The position numbers were made by a program, and so were the translations under genes. A stretch of 57,525 nucleotides of DNA, the filler included, from Porpidia crustulata (taxonomy: Eukaryota): assembly GCA_964255105.1 (NCBI GenBank). It is 6 parts of 6 records of this genome, joined end to end, with 100 filler letters (N's around TTAATTAATTAA, not from the genome) between each part and the next. Parts side by side here need not be neighbours in the genome. Positions count along the whole stretch, not along the records: positions 28,834 to 38,333 come from CAXUWE010000937.1; positions 38,434 to 47,929 come from CAXUWE010000938.1; positions 48,030 to 57,525 come from CAXUWE010000939.1; 3 more parts are not named here. One strand, written 5' to 3'. Positions 37,704 through 50,394 of this stretch are shown piece after piece; the stretch's first letter is position 1, and the number at the start of each line of letters is the position of its first letter. Below the pieces are notes generated by a model. The model made no database searches and had not been told where the DNA came from. It saw nothing but the letters and a program-made list of their open reading frames with translations.

Positions 37704-38333
37704 GACTGAGGTAAGCTTGATTCATCAATTGTTCGAGTGATAGATCGTATCCTGCTAATACGCAATAGCTTTTTCTTCTGTTTTGTTCGCATAGACGCGA
37801 CCTGGTACCTGAGCTCAGGTCAACCCTTTCCTTGTGTCATCAAAATAAGTAATTATTAAGCATGACTTATCCTTCCTTACGGTCGATTTGTACAAACACT
37901 TTGTGTGGCCTGTTCCTATGTTCTCCATTCTCTTTGCCCGGATCACGGCTGAAACATGGACCGAGCTTTTCATAGAGTTTCCTGACACAGAATTGACAGA
38001 CAATGCTATTGTCTACCCAGAAACGATAACGATTCTTCACGATGGTTTTAGCTCAATAGATTCCCATAAGATCATTTTGTCTGTGAATCAAATCCACTAA
38101 TCACTACTGGTTCCGACCCCTCAACGGACCACCCTACCTAGGGTTAGGGTTATAACTGCTGGTTTTGGTCAGGGTGGTCTATTGAGGAGTGGGAACGAGT
38201 ACTACCGAAACCTGCACAGTCCTGCAATCCCGCCCTCCGTAAACTTTACCCTGCCATCACCCCACCCTACCTTATCTTATTATCCTCACCACCTCCCCCT
38301 TCGAAAAACCCCCTACCTACAAATGTCCTACAC

Positions 38334-38433
38334 NNNNNNNNNNNNNNNNNNNNNNNNNNNNNNNNNNNNNNNNNNNNTTAATTAATTAANNNNNNNNNNN
38401 NNNNNNNNNNNNNNNNNNNNNNNNNNNNNNNNN
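38334..38433. other. Artificial contig linker
   Basis: N44-TTAATTAATTAA-N44. Confidence 0.99.
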
Positions 38434-41134
38434 TCCGCCATCACCAGCCGCCACACCGTCGTCGCCCGCGTCTGGCCCAGCCGGTGCACGCGGTCGACCG
38501 CCTGGTCCTCGATCGCCGGCGCCCACCAGCTATCCGCCAGCACCACGACGTTGGCCGCCACGAGGTTCAACCCTACGGAGCACACGGCCAGCGACGCCAG
38601 CAGCACGGTGCAGGTGGGGTCGGACGAGAAGGCCGTGAGTGCGGCGTCGCGCTGTGGCGCCTGCATGGAGCCGTCGATGCGGGTGTGGGTGTAGCCGTGC
38701 TGCGTCAGCTGGGCGGCGATGATGTCGAGGAAGGAGGTCCATTGGCTGAAGACGACGACTTTGGTGCCGGGGTCGCGGTGTGAGGCTTTGAGGATGCTGA
38801 GCAGGGCTTCGATCTTGGAACTGCTGCCGTGGATCTCGTCGATTTGGGCGGCGAGGGAGGCGCTCTCGCCGAGGTCGGCGGCGGGATGCACGAGGGAGGA
38901 TGGTTCGAGGGGTTCGGCGCGGCACATGGGGCAGCGGTGCTGCATTTCAAGGACGCGCTCGATGCAGGAATGGCCGAAGACGTGGGCGCAGGCGGTAATG
39001 ACGGGAGTGTGGAGTGTGTCGAGGCAGATGGGGCAGTCTTCGCGGGATTCGATGCTCAATTGGAGCAGGTCTTGAAGTGCTTTCTTGTTCTCGGGCGTGA
39101 GGTCGACGACTTTCTGCTCGTCCAGGGCGGCGAGGACGGCAGTCACGCGGTCTCCGCAGAGTTTCCAGTGGTTGCACACCTGTCTCATTCGAAGCAGAAT
39201 CTCCAAGAGGTGGCGCGTTTCACCGGGGCCTTTGCCTTTCTTATGCACATGAAGGAACCCCTGAGCTTCGGCCCTGCATAATGTTAGCGGTGTTGCTGGT
39301 AATGGAAGTGAAAACCTTACTGCAACGCTTCGTACTTCTCCTTTTCATGAGGTAGAAATTCGACTCGGTGGACATATTCTGACAAGGCTGGCAATCGCAA
39401 ATCGATAAACTTCATTGCCTTCTTGCGCCGCAAGCAAATCGTGCCCATCAGGGCTTGTAACAGTAGAGCTGCGTCTTGATAGCCAGCCTTCAATGGTCGG
39501 ATAAGGACGCTATTGAAAATCTCGTATTGCTCAAGTCCGCCAGAAAGTCTGAGGAACTTGACGAGCGAATAGAGATCTTTGAGGGTGTTGATAATAGGAG
39601 TTCCCGTGAGAACCCATCGAGATTGTGCCAAAAGCGCCGAAGCCGCTAATGCTGCTTTGGTTTGAGGATTTCTGATAATATGACCTTCATCTAGAATGAC
39701 CCGACGCCAGTTCATGGAGAATAGTCCCTGAGTACGCGGGACAGATTGAGGAGTCTTCGTTCCTGGCGGCAGATACTCAGATGCAAGCGAAGCGTATGTC
39801 GTGACCACCACATCGTAAGCTCCGAAGTCCTCGGCGCCCATTGGCTTCTTACCCGTTCTATGATATACCAGAACACGCAATGGAGAATCTGGGCTGATAT
39901 GATGAGCAATCTGTCCGGTCCAGTTGCTCATGACTCCAAGTGGTGCAACAATCAGCGTTGTGTGTGATGAAGGCCCAGATCGGTCCGGATCTGCAACAAT
40001 CAGAGAAATCATCTCGAGCGTTTTACCCAAGCCCATGTCGTCTGCGAGGATACCGCCACTGGCCAGATTGGGTTCTGTGCCCTTGAGGGAGAAATTAGTT
40101 GCAATATTAGTGAACAAATGCCGATCCGATGGTGAGCGCTTCCACAACTGCACGACATCTGAGGAGCCTGCAGGTGGAAGCTGGGGTTTCTCCTTCTCCA
40201 GTAGCCAAGCAAGGGCTTGCCGCTGGTAGGGCAGAAGCTTCATCGCAAGTCGGCCTGGAAAGTCGGCCATGGGCATTTGGGATAAGATGTCTTCTCCAAC
40301 GCCATACTTCTCCACGACTTCGCCCATCTCTCTAGGATTGAATTGTTGGCTTGCTTCGATGATGCTTTCGATGCTCCGATTTGGCGCGCCATCACCTTGA
40401 GAGGAGCTGCCCACAAAACCTTGGCTACTTCTTGGATCTGTTGTCTGACTGCTACGGGACTGGGTGCTCCCTGTGACATATCCGCCTTTTTTGGCTGCCT
40501 TCAGTCTCTTCGCCTCCTCCACCGCTCGTCTTTTTTCTTCTTTGGCTCTCCTAACAATTGCGTCCAACGGTAGCTGATCGACTTGCATCCGATTTATCAA
40601 TGTTGCGCGATCAGTAAGGTTACTAGTTCCATATAGCTTCAGCGCTATTGGAAAATCATACGTTCGTTTCGTTTCTGAAAGAGCTCCTTCGACTAACAGC
40701 GACCCATCGTCTAAATAGCCTGCCAACTTCGATGCTATTTGCCTTGGAATGTGCCCGATTTGGGCTCTTTGCACGTTGTCGATGCGAATGGCATTGGAAT
40801 CATAAGGATTGGAAGGCTCCCTTCGAATCGATACATGCTCTCCTTCACTAGCATGTCCAGTGTAGTACTGTATTCCTACAATTTTTGTATCGATTGTGCC
40901 GTAAAGCTCGAAGGTTTCGGTCGCAGTGAAATCGCCGTCTTGAGACAGAACAAAGGTATCATCACCGTCGTCCTCACCAGCATTCTCAGACCACGTATTT
41001 CGCTCGCTCTGGCTTACTCCGTCGGTAGGTAGAGGCCGGGCGACTTTGCGAGGCTGGTAACTGGATGATGCATTGTCGCTTGCCGTCAGGTCGACCACGT
41101 CAATTTTGCGCTTGCAGTTTCCGATTGGGGCCAT
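38434..41134 (-). CDS. HLTF/Rad5-like SNF2 helicase-E3 ligase (HIRAN, SNF2_N, RING, Helicase C), 3'-truncated
   Basis: HIRAN ([25 protein letters not shown]), [29 protein letters not shown]; intron 39274-39320; [48 protein letters not shown]. Confidence 0.93.
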
Positions 41135-41179
41135 TGCTTGAGATTGAGGCGCTCCTACCTTACCTGCTCATCGATGGAT

Positions 41180-41315
41180 GGAACTTGCGCGCTACTTGAT
41201 TTGACCGCTCCCTCTAGGGGTGAAACGCGCTGTGGTCGACAAACGAAAAATATTAATCTGACGTAATCGGCTGGATGAAACGCGGGTTCACGTGATAAAG
41301 ACCTAACCCTAATCT
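41180..41315. promoter_or_regulatory. Putative divergent promoter with MCB-like ACGCG cores, CACGTG and a telobox-like CTAACCCTAA
   Basis: AAACGCG at about 41223 and about 41278, CACGTG at 41289-41294 and CCTAACCCTAA at 41301-41311, lying between the helicase and PI-PLC starts. Confidence 0.3.
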
Positions 41316-41617
41316 TGATAGATTTGACATCATCCAATCGCTATGACTTGGGTAGATATGATACTGGTTTCTTTGGTTTAAGTCTTCTCTTTATAAAAAA
41401 CCTACTGCAATCGCTGTAGTTGAGAGGGTCCATACAGTGCTGTCCAAATCATGACTGGTGTTTCAATATAAAAATTTGCGAGTGTGGAAAGGAATGCTCA
41501 CACTCTCAAGCGTTACTTCCCCTCGTTCTACAATTCATATTTTTAGTAAATTATTCAACAGAACATAACATCTTCTATAATCATATTGTCTCTTACTTCA
41601 AGATATTTCTTTCAGTC

Positions 41618-43063
41618 ATGGAATCTCCACCATTGACGATCCGCAATATCACTGGCAAGCCCGTTGAGTTAAGGCGGTTCGAGCACTATGGGGATCTTAC
41701 AAGCAAAGGAAGAGGAGGACTTGCTCATAATTTCACATCATTTCTACGTAGTCCGAAAACACCATCGGAACAAGAGATCGCAGAAAATGCTCAGGACTTC
41801 AGCCATCAGGATGTGTCAGTGCTAATTGAGCCTTTCAAGTCAACAACGACAGATGTCAAACCTGCCGCAATACTAGCTCAGACACTGCGCCTCACCTTTG
41901 AGACAGAAGGTGAAAAACATCGTCTTGACACACTTCAGCCAGTACCAAGCTCGACAGTCTTGACACCGTTGAGCCAAAACCCCCGTTTCAACTACACCGC
42001 GATCCACCTGCCCGGGCATTCTCATCTCACGCTCATTTCAACTGCCAAGCTTCCTTCGTGGATGGCGAACCTGAAAGACGAAACGCCTTTGTCCGCATTA
42101 TCTATACCAGGGACCCACAACTCGCCAGCTTGCCATCGCGCTCTTCCCTCAGTACGCTGCCAGGCCACTTCGCCTCCAGAGCAGCTCGAAAATGGCGTTC
42201 GGTTTTTCGATATTCGGGTGCAGCCCGAGGCTCCGCAGGATCCAACCAGAGACGGTCTGGTTCTTGTCCATAGCGTTTTCCCCATTTCTCTTACAGGCAA
42301 CAAATTTTTTCGCGATCTTGTAAATGAAATATTCGCCTTTTTGGATCGAAATCCCAGTGAAACTGTAATCATATCAGTGAAGCGTGAGGGAACTGGGAGT
42401 GCAACAGATGCCCAGCTAGGCCGCATACTGAGGGACCATTATGCTGGTGATGTCAATCGATGGTTCACCGCCCCACGTATTCCTACACTCGGAGAAGCTC
42501 GAACAAAAATCGTTCTGCTACGCCGCTTTGGGCTCGAAGAAGGACTGAAGCAGGAGTGGGGAGGCGCCGGATGGTGTATCGAAGCAGATCCGTGGGCGGA
42601 CAACACTCCAAACTCGACTTGTCCAAGCGGCGATATTTGCGTTCAGGATTTCTACGAGGTTTTGGAAAGCGAGAACATTGAGAAAAAGATCAAATACTGC
42701 CAGGATCACCTTGAGCGCGCAGCGCAGTGTGTGTATACGCTGCAGGGTGCTGATGGACAATCCTCAGAGACCAAATTACCATTCTACATCAATTTCCTTG
42801 CGGCAAGCAACTTCTGGAAAGTCGGGTGCTGGCCCGAGAAAATTGCGGCACAAATCAACCCTGCGATGGTGGAGTTCCTTTGCAGGCAACATAACGCACA
42901 GGAGGCCATGGAAAGCATCGACGGGGAAGGCGGCAGTAGGAAACCAGGAGATGGTAGCACCGGTATCGTGGTGTGCGATTGGGTTGGTCACAAAGGTAAT
43001 TGGGACCTCGTGAAATGTATTGTTGGGATGAACGCATACTTGGAAAGGCGCGAGACTACATAG
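41618..43063 (+). CDS. Phosphatidylinositol-specific phospholipase C (X domain, bacterial type)
   Basis: WMANLKDETPLSALSIPGTHNS, VRCQ, QLENGVRFFDIR, LVH, PSETVIISVKRE, VQDFYEV, GIVVCDWVG; start MESPP at 41618. Confidence 0.92.
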   Translation: MESPPLTIRNITGKPVELRRFEHYGDLTSKGRGGLAHNFTSFLRSPKTPSEQEIAENAQDFSHQDVSVLIEPFKSTTTDVKPAAILAQTLRLTFETEGEKHRLDTLQPVPSSTVLTPLSQNPRFNYTAIHLPGHSHLTLISTAKLPSWMANLKDETPLSALSIPGTHNSPACHRALPSVRCQATSPPEQLENGVRFFDIRVQPEAPQDPTRDGLVLVHSVFPISLTGNKFFRDLVNEIFAFLDRNPSETVIISVKREGTGSATDAQLGRILRDHYAGDVNRWFTAPRIPTLGEARTKIVLLRRFGLEEGLKQEWGGAGWCIEADPWADNTPNSTCPSGDICVQDFYEVLESENIEKKIKYCQDHLERAAQCVYTLQGADGQSSETKLPFYINFLAASNFWKVGCWPEKIAAQINPAMVEFLCRQHNAQEAMESIDGEGGSRKPGDGSTGIVVCDWVGHKGNWDLVKCIVGMNAYLERRETT

Positions 43064-43463
43064 TGAATCGCCACTGCGAGGGACGGTTTACAAAAGTTCC
43101 CTAGATAGGAAGGCACGCTCCTCAAAGGAAAGTTTGTGGGTCCATTTCGCTCTCAACTTGAAATGAGAAGACTTTCCGTCAACAAGCAACTTCTGTCTTC
43201 CATATTGCACACTTCAAACCATATGTTTAGCTAACATTTTCATCTCTATCATTCGCTTGGCTTCCATACACAGTCGTTGATTCAATTGGCATATTCTACT
43301 ACAAGAATCATTAGTCACTTCCTCACTAGATAATTATACATACTGAGTGTCGGTTCTTGCCCAGATCTCGATATCCAGCTCACCAGAATACGAAAGCCAT
43401 CGATATTCAGCCTCTCAATCACCATCATACTGACTGGTCCAACCCCATAGCCTGAGCTCCAAA

Positions 43464-45664
43464 ATGATCTCAATTGGCGAGTGTGTGTCACCTGCGGCAC
43501 CGAGAATCGTACTTCCTTTAGGTGGTGATGACAAACCTGGGCAACCTAACAAAGATGAAAACTCGGATGTCGCTAGTTCTGACAATAGTGAGAAAAAAAG
43601 GAGACGCCGTAAGCTCAAGCGAGCGAGACGAGGCAAGAAAGCAAAGGGAGCAGTCGATGACCACCTCGGGGCATCCGGATTCAGTAGCGATGAAGATCAG
43701 GGAGATCATGGGGTTTCTGACCATAGCAGCGGCAAGATCGTGGAGTCAGGGAGTGACGACGGACGGGGTTGTGGACTTCAACCAACGGATGAAAGCATCG
43801 TAGATGCTGAGGTAGTGAGCATGCTTTCAAATCCATTCTCTTTCACGAACGACGTTCTACCCCAGTACCAAGCTGAGCAAGCCCTTGGGGCTCATCGACC
43901 ACCGGTCATCATCGTAACAAGCCCTGCGAATGAGGTCCTACCTCACACTGACCTTGAAACTGTGGAAGCGGGTCACGTATGCGAATTTCCACGCCGAGAT
44001 TGCGATGCAGAGGGTGGCTCCGATGCGCCATTACGTTGTTTGAAGGACTCCTGCTGCCAAATGCAGCACTGGGTCCCGGCCAAACGTATACTTCGCGAAA
44101 TCAAGTTCGGCGAACGGTCCATCAATTCCGGCAGCTCCAAGAGCGAAGGGAGTGTAGAGCTTTCTGTAGTATCAGCCGCACCAGGCAAGAAGGAAAACGC
44201 TGAAGAACCACATTCAGAAGTTCTTGAGTGTCCTGGCTCACGCACCCCTGAAGCTATGGAATTGTGGGCAAGTCAATCTATGGCAGCGCAAGCACTAAGG
44301 ATCTTGGACGAAGCCGATACTAAGATTACTAAGCCTGTTCAACAAGTACAGGACATCTCCAGCGATCGAAGATTGGAGGAACCTGACATACAGATAGCGA
44401 CACGATCTCAAGAACCGTTAGAAGGCTTTGTTCGAGATCCCACGAGTCATGCCATCATTCAGGCTGCCGAACCTTCTGCAGAATCATCAGGCATCTTATT
44501 GCAGGATCGCTTACAACACCATGATCGCCATGTCGGCGAGCCGAATGGGACATCCTCGCACATAGGAGACCCAAGAATTGTAGAGGATTCCAGTCACCAG
44601 GCTGTGGGACTAGGTCAGCGATCATCAGAAGTCGTAATTCGACCTGACTCGGAAGCATCAGTTCATGCCACATCGAAAGAGCATGGGCAATCCGCAGCTA
44701 GCTTGGATTCACGAGTCTCGCAAAATGTAAATTTTTCCTTCACAACACATCATCTAGGACTCGTCAACCATTGGTTAGGGCAAACAGATTCAACACATCC
44801 ATCACATCGGCTCCTGTGCAAATTACACGAAGGTTATAGTGCCCAAGAACATTATGGGATAGGACCGAACGTCCATTGGTGCCCAGCATTACGTGAAAAG
44901 CTATGGTTCAAGGGCGATTGGCGCCCTACCCATCGATGGGGCACCCGACGTTGGTCATTCAGTCAGGATAGCGATGGATCTCCTGTCGGAGTACATACTG
45001 ACGTCGCCGAGTCGAGCCTGCTACCCCGAGCAATCTATGATCGAAGGATTCAACGAGATGAGATACGAGTAGCTCCCATTCAGATCCTGATGCAGAGTGT
45101 ATGTCGTAACCATACTTGAGGCATAAATGAAGATACTGACTAGACCCTTCTATTCAGAAACCTATTCAAAGAGGATTCGGTGCAACCATGAGATATATCC
45201 TGAACAGTATATGGACTGCCGTACGCCAATGTGCTGTTCCTTCTTTGTCTGATGAGGATGATCTACACACTGCAGTCAACACTAGTGTTACTGTCACAGA
45301 GTGTGATCAGGGTGCGGAGCAGACAAGCAATGATGGAATACTGGATCGGCAGGTAAGCGCATCTCATAACCCCTATCTTGCTCAATCTATCATTTTCAAG
45401 GCAAGCAGACGCGCTCATTTGGAGATCAAAAAAGCCACATATCCTCCTTCTATTTTGCATTGGGTCGTTGTATTTGATCATTCGTCTGTTCTGCGCTGTC
45501 AATGTGTCTTATTTGCCATTCGGTCGGTTACTCCGCGTCCATTATCTGATTTTGCTCAGGCTGGATATCCGTACGGTCGAAGCTCTACGCTGAAATGGCT
45601 TACAACAAGCCCGTCGTACGATGTGCTCAAGAGCCCACCGCGGTTTCGAGCTTACTCGTTCTAA
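43464..45664 (+). CDS. Hypothetical low-complexity protein with an N-terminal basic cluster (3' structure uncertain)
   Basis: 551-aa ORF with KKRRRRKLKRARRGKKAK. A phase-0 intron GTATGT..CTGAC..CAG (about 45099-45157) joins it in frame to ORF 45188..45664. No family recognised. Confidence 0.5.
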
Positions 45665-46087
45665 TCCAGATTGATTCAACGGCTACGAAGATTTTACGCA
45701 GCCATGGCCAACGTTGAGGCTCAGTCTCATTTCTCGTGGAAACGGTTAGTGTGCACGCATTCAAGGCCATAGTGCAGGAAATGGCTATTCGATTTGTATA
45801 CGACGATTTCTCTTTCGTGTTGGAGTCTGTGGTTGGTTAGTAAAGGTGGCAGATAAATCAGCAATGGTTGGATGACTAAATTTCTGCCGAGGCCTGATGG
45901 TTCGGTTGCCACCAACAATTGCTGGTAAAACGTTTGAAGAAAGGACCTCAGGATTGATTTTCAATCTCATCGGTAATTAATAAATATTACTTTTATTGCT
46001 GTGTGAAACCATGTCCAAGATCAACGGTGACTGTTTCCTTTTGTACAAGTAAATAATTCAAATTCCTCTTCCAGAGCAATTGCAAAG

Positions 46088-47929
46088 ATGAGTGCGATAT
46101 TATCAGCCGAAGATCTGAACGATTTTATTTCACCCGGTGTCGCGTGTGTGAAGCCCGTAGAGACCTTGCCATTACAAAAGCCTCAGGAACGCAATGTACG
46201 CTGAGTCTCGTCCACATACATAATTTCGACTGATTTTCGTGGATCAGGATCCTTACGAGGTCACGACAGAAGAGAAGCTGCAGGCTGCAAGCCATCCGCC
46301 CGCGTCAATCTCTTTGACAGATTGCCTGGCCTGCTCAGGTTGTGTCACCTCTGCCGAGGCAGTCCTCATATCACTCCAGTCGCACTCCGAAGTCCTGCAC
46401 GCTCTCGACTCGCAGCCTGCAATCGAGACAGCGCAGCTTCAGCAGCAAATCAAAGACGACATCGATGATAGGCTTACGGACAGCAACACAGCAGGAAATC
46501 ACGAAGGAAAGGTCTTTGTCGCAAGTGTTAGTCCGCAGGTTCGTGCGAGTTTGGCAGCCACATACGGCGTCTCTGAGGTAGAGGCGGGATGGATGATTGA
46601 CCAGTTGCTGGGTGGTCCCCAGGGTTTATCGTCGGGAGGGCGGCATGGAAACCGATTCGCCTGGATTGTGGATACCAATGCTATGAGAGAGGCATGCTTG
46701 GTCTTGGGGGCCGATGAGGTGATGGCATCTTTACATACTTCTGGCTCGATAACACTACCGAGCGAAGAAGACACCTCGACTACCAGTCCTAAACGACCTA
46801 TCCTGACATCAGCCTGCCCAGGTTGGATCTGCTATGCTGAGAAAACTCATCCCCACATCCTACCTCATCTCTCCCGACTAAAGTCTCCGCAAGCTCTGAC
46901 TGGCACTCTCCTTAAAACGGTGCTGAGCCAAAGCCTCGGTATTCGCCCTGACCAAATATGGCACGTCTCCATAATGCCCTGCTTCGACAAGAAACTCGAA
47001 GCTTCGCGAGAGGAATTGACAGATGCCAACTGGCGTTCTTCATCTTCCAATCCAAAAACTTCAGTCCGCGACGTCGACTGCGTAATCACGGCCCGCGAAC
47101 TCCTCATGCTTGCTGACACGCGCGGCATCAGTTTTCCCAACCTCCCTCGTGACCCTCTCCCACCTTACTCTATCGTCCCGTTTCCCGACCCCACCATCGC
47201 CGCCTTCCTCTTCCCCACCAAGCACAAACGACCTCGGGCCCACGCCCAACCCCCCTCAGCAGGCACCTCAGGCGGCTACCTCCACCACATCCTCCAATCC
47301 CAACTTGTCCTCCACCCCGGCAGTACCCTCCACACCACCCGTGGCCGCAACGCCGACGTCATCGAGTACACCCTCACCTTCCCATCACCATCTTCCCCCG
47401 CAGAAACAAAAGAGATCTTCAAAGCAGCCCGCTACTACGGCTTCCGCAACATCCAGAACCTCGTCCGAAAACTCAAACCGCAAAACAAGAGCAGACTTCC
47501 CGGCTCCCGACCCGCCAAGGCAGGCAAACCAGCATCCGCGGCAGGCAGCGCGACGGACTACGCGTACGTGGAGGTCATGGCCTGCCCCGGCGGCTGCACC
47601 AACGGTGGCGGCCAGATCAAAGTCGACGATCTCGGGCCCGGACAGAGCCAGAAGGACTTCCTAGCCCGGGTCGACGAGGCGTATTTCAGCATGTCCGAGG
47701 ACGAGAACGCCGCGGCCATTCAACCGACGGACGAGGAAGGTGACACGCGAATGGACGATGATGTTGATGATAGTGGTGGTGACAGGGAAGCAGGGGTGCC
47801 GTCGCGAGATCTGAGAAAGGAGGAAGATAGCACGGAAGCGGTAAGACGGATGCTGAGGCATTGGGAACGGACTACGGGTATCGCGGTGGGGAAATTGGCG
47901 TATACGAGTTTCAGGCAGGTGGAGAGCGA
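46088..47929 (+). CDS. NAR1: Cytosolic Fe-S assembly factor NAR1 (Fe-hydrogenase-like), last codons cut by contig end
   Basis: [23 protein letters not shown]; intron 46196-46247; [66 protein letters not shown]. Confidence 0.96.
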
Positions 47930-48029
47930 NNNNNNNNNNNNNNNNNNNNNNNNNNNNNNNNNNNNNNNNNNNNTTAATTAATTAANNNNNNNNNNNNNNN
48001 NNNNNNNNNNNNNNNNNNNNNNNNNNNNN
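47930..48029. other. Artificial contig linker
   Basis: N44-TTAATTAATTAA-N44. Confidence 0.99.
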
Positions 48030-48369
48030 GAGGAGAAGATGGAGGCGAGGGGGAGCGGGAAAGTGAGAGGGCGATGGCGGAGGGAGTGGAAAGGTTGAAG
48101 ATATCGTGAGTAGGAATAAAGACGTAAAAAAGACGTAAATGATACGACGTTCGTCATCGCCGCTTTGGTGCTCTCACTCAACTGTTGGCTCTCTCAGTCG
48201 ATGTACCCGCTACCTTCCACTGAGCCCTCTAATGTTATTACTCAAACATGGGGATGATCGAAAAGCAGCTTCTAGGTTTCTCCCAACGCCGCAAACGCCG
48301 AGGCTAATGCACCACAAACAACATACCAATCGACATTTAATCCGTCACAAAAGATCGGAAACCGACGCA

Positions 48370-50394
48370 CTAGGACGCCTTTCCCCCATCGGAACCTCCC
48401 TCGTCGAATTTGGTGAAACCGGGATTGCCCCCCGTCGCCACCGTCGCCCTCGCCGGCCCCACACTGATTCCCCCAGGTGCGAACCTTTTCGGAGTCTCCG
48501 AGCCGCTCACGCTAGCCGCGCTGCCGCTTCGGTGCTTCTTCGTGTTGCTGCCGGTTGGATACCCGAAGCGATTGGGCTTTGGGGACATGGGGCGATCGTC
48601 AATAGCTGCGTCTGCGACGTGGGGCTTAGGAGCCGGGATCGCTGTGGGCAAGGGCGAGAAGGTCGTTCTCGGGTGGAAAGCGAGTGAAGGGCTTGACCGG
48701 CCTTTGTCTTCGGCGGCCGAATTGTAGCCTCCGCTGGTGGTGTCATTTGTCTCGTGTTCTGCGTCACTTGGCGTCAGCGAGAAGGCCTCTTCCTCGGACG
48801 AACTCGGCGGCTGCTCGATCTTAAGACGTTTGTTTCGAAGGGGACTGTATGTTAGGGACTTTTGCTTGAGGTGGTCTCGGCCAGCGTAGGCCTCGAGCGC
48901 CTCGTAAACGTGAGGGAAGACCAGGGTGGCGACTTCTTGAGCCCAAAGGAAATCAAGGTGTTCAAAGTGGCGGACTTCGCGCACCACGGTATGACGTGGG
49001 AGCTCTTTCAGCATGATGTTGATGTCTACCAGGCTGTCGCTCCCGCCGTACAGGAGGAAGATGGGGGTTTTGATGTTCCTGGTTGGGAATTTGGGGACTT
49101 TGTAATACCGGTCGATGGCACCGAGACTCAACGGCGCTTGCACGTCGTCGTCGTACATTTGAAATGATTTGTTGCGGATGATTTGAAACCAGTGTACTAC
49201 ACTTTTCGTGCTTGTGAAGGAGTAAAGATGGGGGTAGGCCGCTAATTTCTGTGCTGGGCTAATGTTCTTGGTTGTCCAATTGAACAGGAAAGAGAGCGAT
49301 ATATCAATGAACTTGACGAATATCGGTGGGTAGAGTATCGACTGCCACATAATGGCGGAGCTGAATAAGCTTCTACGACCAAAAGCAAGGAAGAGAACTT
49401 CAGGCGATGCTTTCATCAAGGCATTGACGACTCCGTTGTACAAGCCTGCAGGCGACATTGCGGGTGCGAGAGCAATGAAGACGTCGACTTTATCATTTAG
49501 AGTTGGGTGGATTGATAAAGTGGCAAATGCCTGAGCCGTTCCCTGTGAGAATCCAATATAGGAAAGAGACGGTTGAGCGGTAGTGTCGAGGATATAATCT
49601 ATGCTATCCGGGATATCATGGAATGCGAACTGATCCATTGAAAAGTTCCAGAAATCGTTTGAAGTCGGTGATCGGATTGTCGACTTTTTCGAGTACTTAT
49701 TTCCACGGTTGTTGCCCAGCTATGTTTTATTAGCAACTGCAATTAAAAAATTCGTCAGGCCGTATACGTACCCAAACGTCAAAGCCTCTCTCCACCAGCA
49801 TGAAGGGTAGGCATCGCTCCTTCTCGGTCATGCATACCCATACTTCGCTGTTCATGAGCAACCCATGGTGGAGGTATACCACTCTCTTCGTCACACTTCC
49901 CTCCCCCGCATTGACCCTGATGCCGTCTTCCCCCTTTCTCCAACCTAGCCGGTGCAAGCCTAGGAGGTAGCCGTCCCCCGTCTGAACCACGTGTTCTTCT
50001 GCATAGTAGCCAAATAGAGTGCAGAGGTCGACAAAGTCCGAGGCATTGGCTATTGAAGTGCTAATTGAATTTTTCTTTGGCCGTGTCTGTCTCCCCGGAC
50101 TCGAAGATAGAGCATTGAATAGGTGCTTGGATCTTTTATAGCAAAAACGAATGATGGGCTGTGCTATAAGCCGTTAGGAGTTTTCTTGAAAATAGAGATT
50201 GAAGCTATACGGAGCCCGAGTGTGATAATTGTGATCAAGCCTTCAAGGAAGATCAGAACCAAAGACCCGATTAATGCCACATATTCTCGCCTGCATTTCG
50301 TAGTATATCAGTCAATGTTCGTTACGCAATCAAAGATTACTGGGGGGCCGAGTTCATACCAGAATAGCCTTCCAATGAATGGTACCCGGACCAT
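48370..50394 (-). CDS. TGL1/YEH-like sterol esterase/lipase (alpha/beta hydrolase)
   Basis: Start MVRVPFIGRLF, three introns, N-terminal transmembrane segment, EEHVVQTGDGYLLGLHR, HHGLLMNSEVW, LGNNRGNKYS, GFSQG nucleophile, DSLVD, EHLDFLW. Confidence 0.92.

Noticed and set aside
38139..38152. TAGGGTTAGGGTTA telomere-like motif (similar at 7183-7194 and 41301-41311)
   Set aside because: Only about two units and internal to the contigs; not a telomere, at most a short binding motif.
38484..39281. Several long overlapping and antisense ORFs (also at 47110-47664 and 55391-55873)
   Set aside because: Shadow ORFs caused by GC-rich codon usage of the real genes.
41420..41617. 66-aa N-terminal extension of the PI-PLC ORF from a TTG start
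   Set aside because: AT-rich, UTR-like sequence; ATG 41618 is the plausible eukaryotic start.
46088..47929. Fe-hydrogenase motifs suggesting a fungal hydrogenase
   Set aside because: These are the standard motifs of NAR1, a universal eukaryotic Fe-S assembly factor.
9519..48029. Regularly spaced TTAATTAATTAA repeats as a biological repeat or array
   Set aside because: Each is embedded in exactly 44 N on both sides; this is a synthetic six-frame-stop linker.
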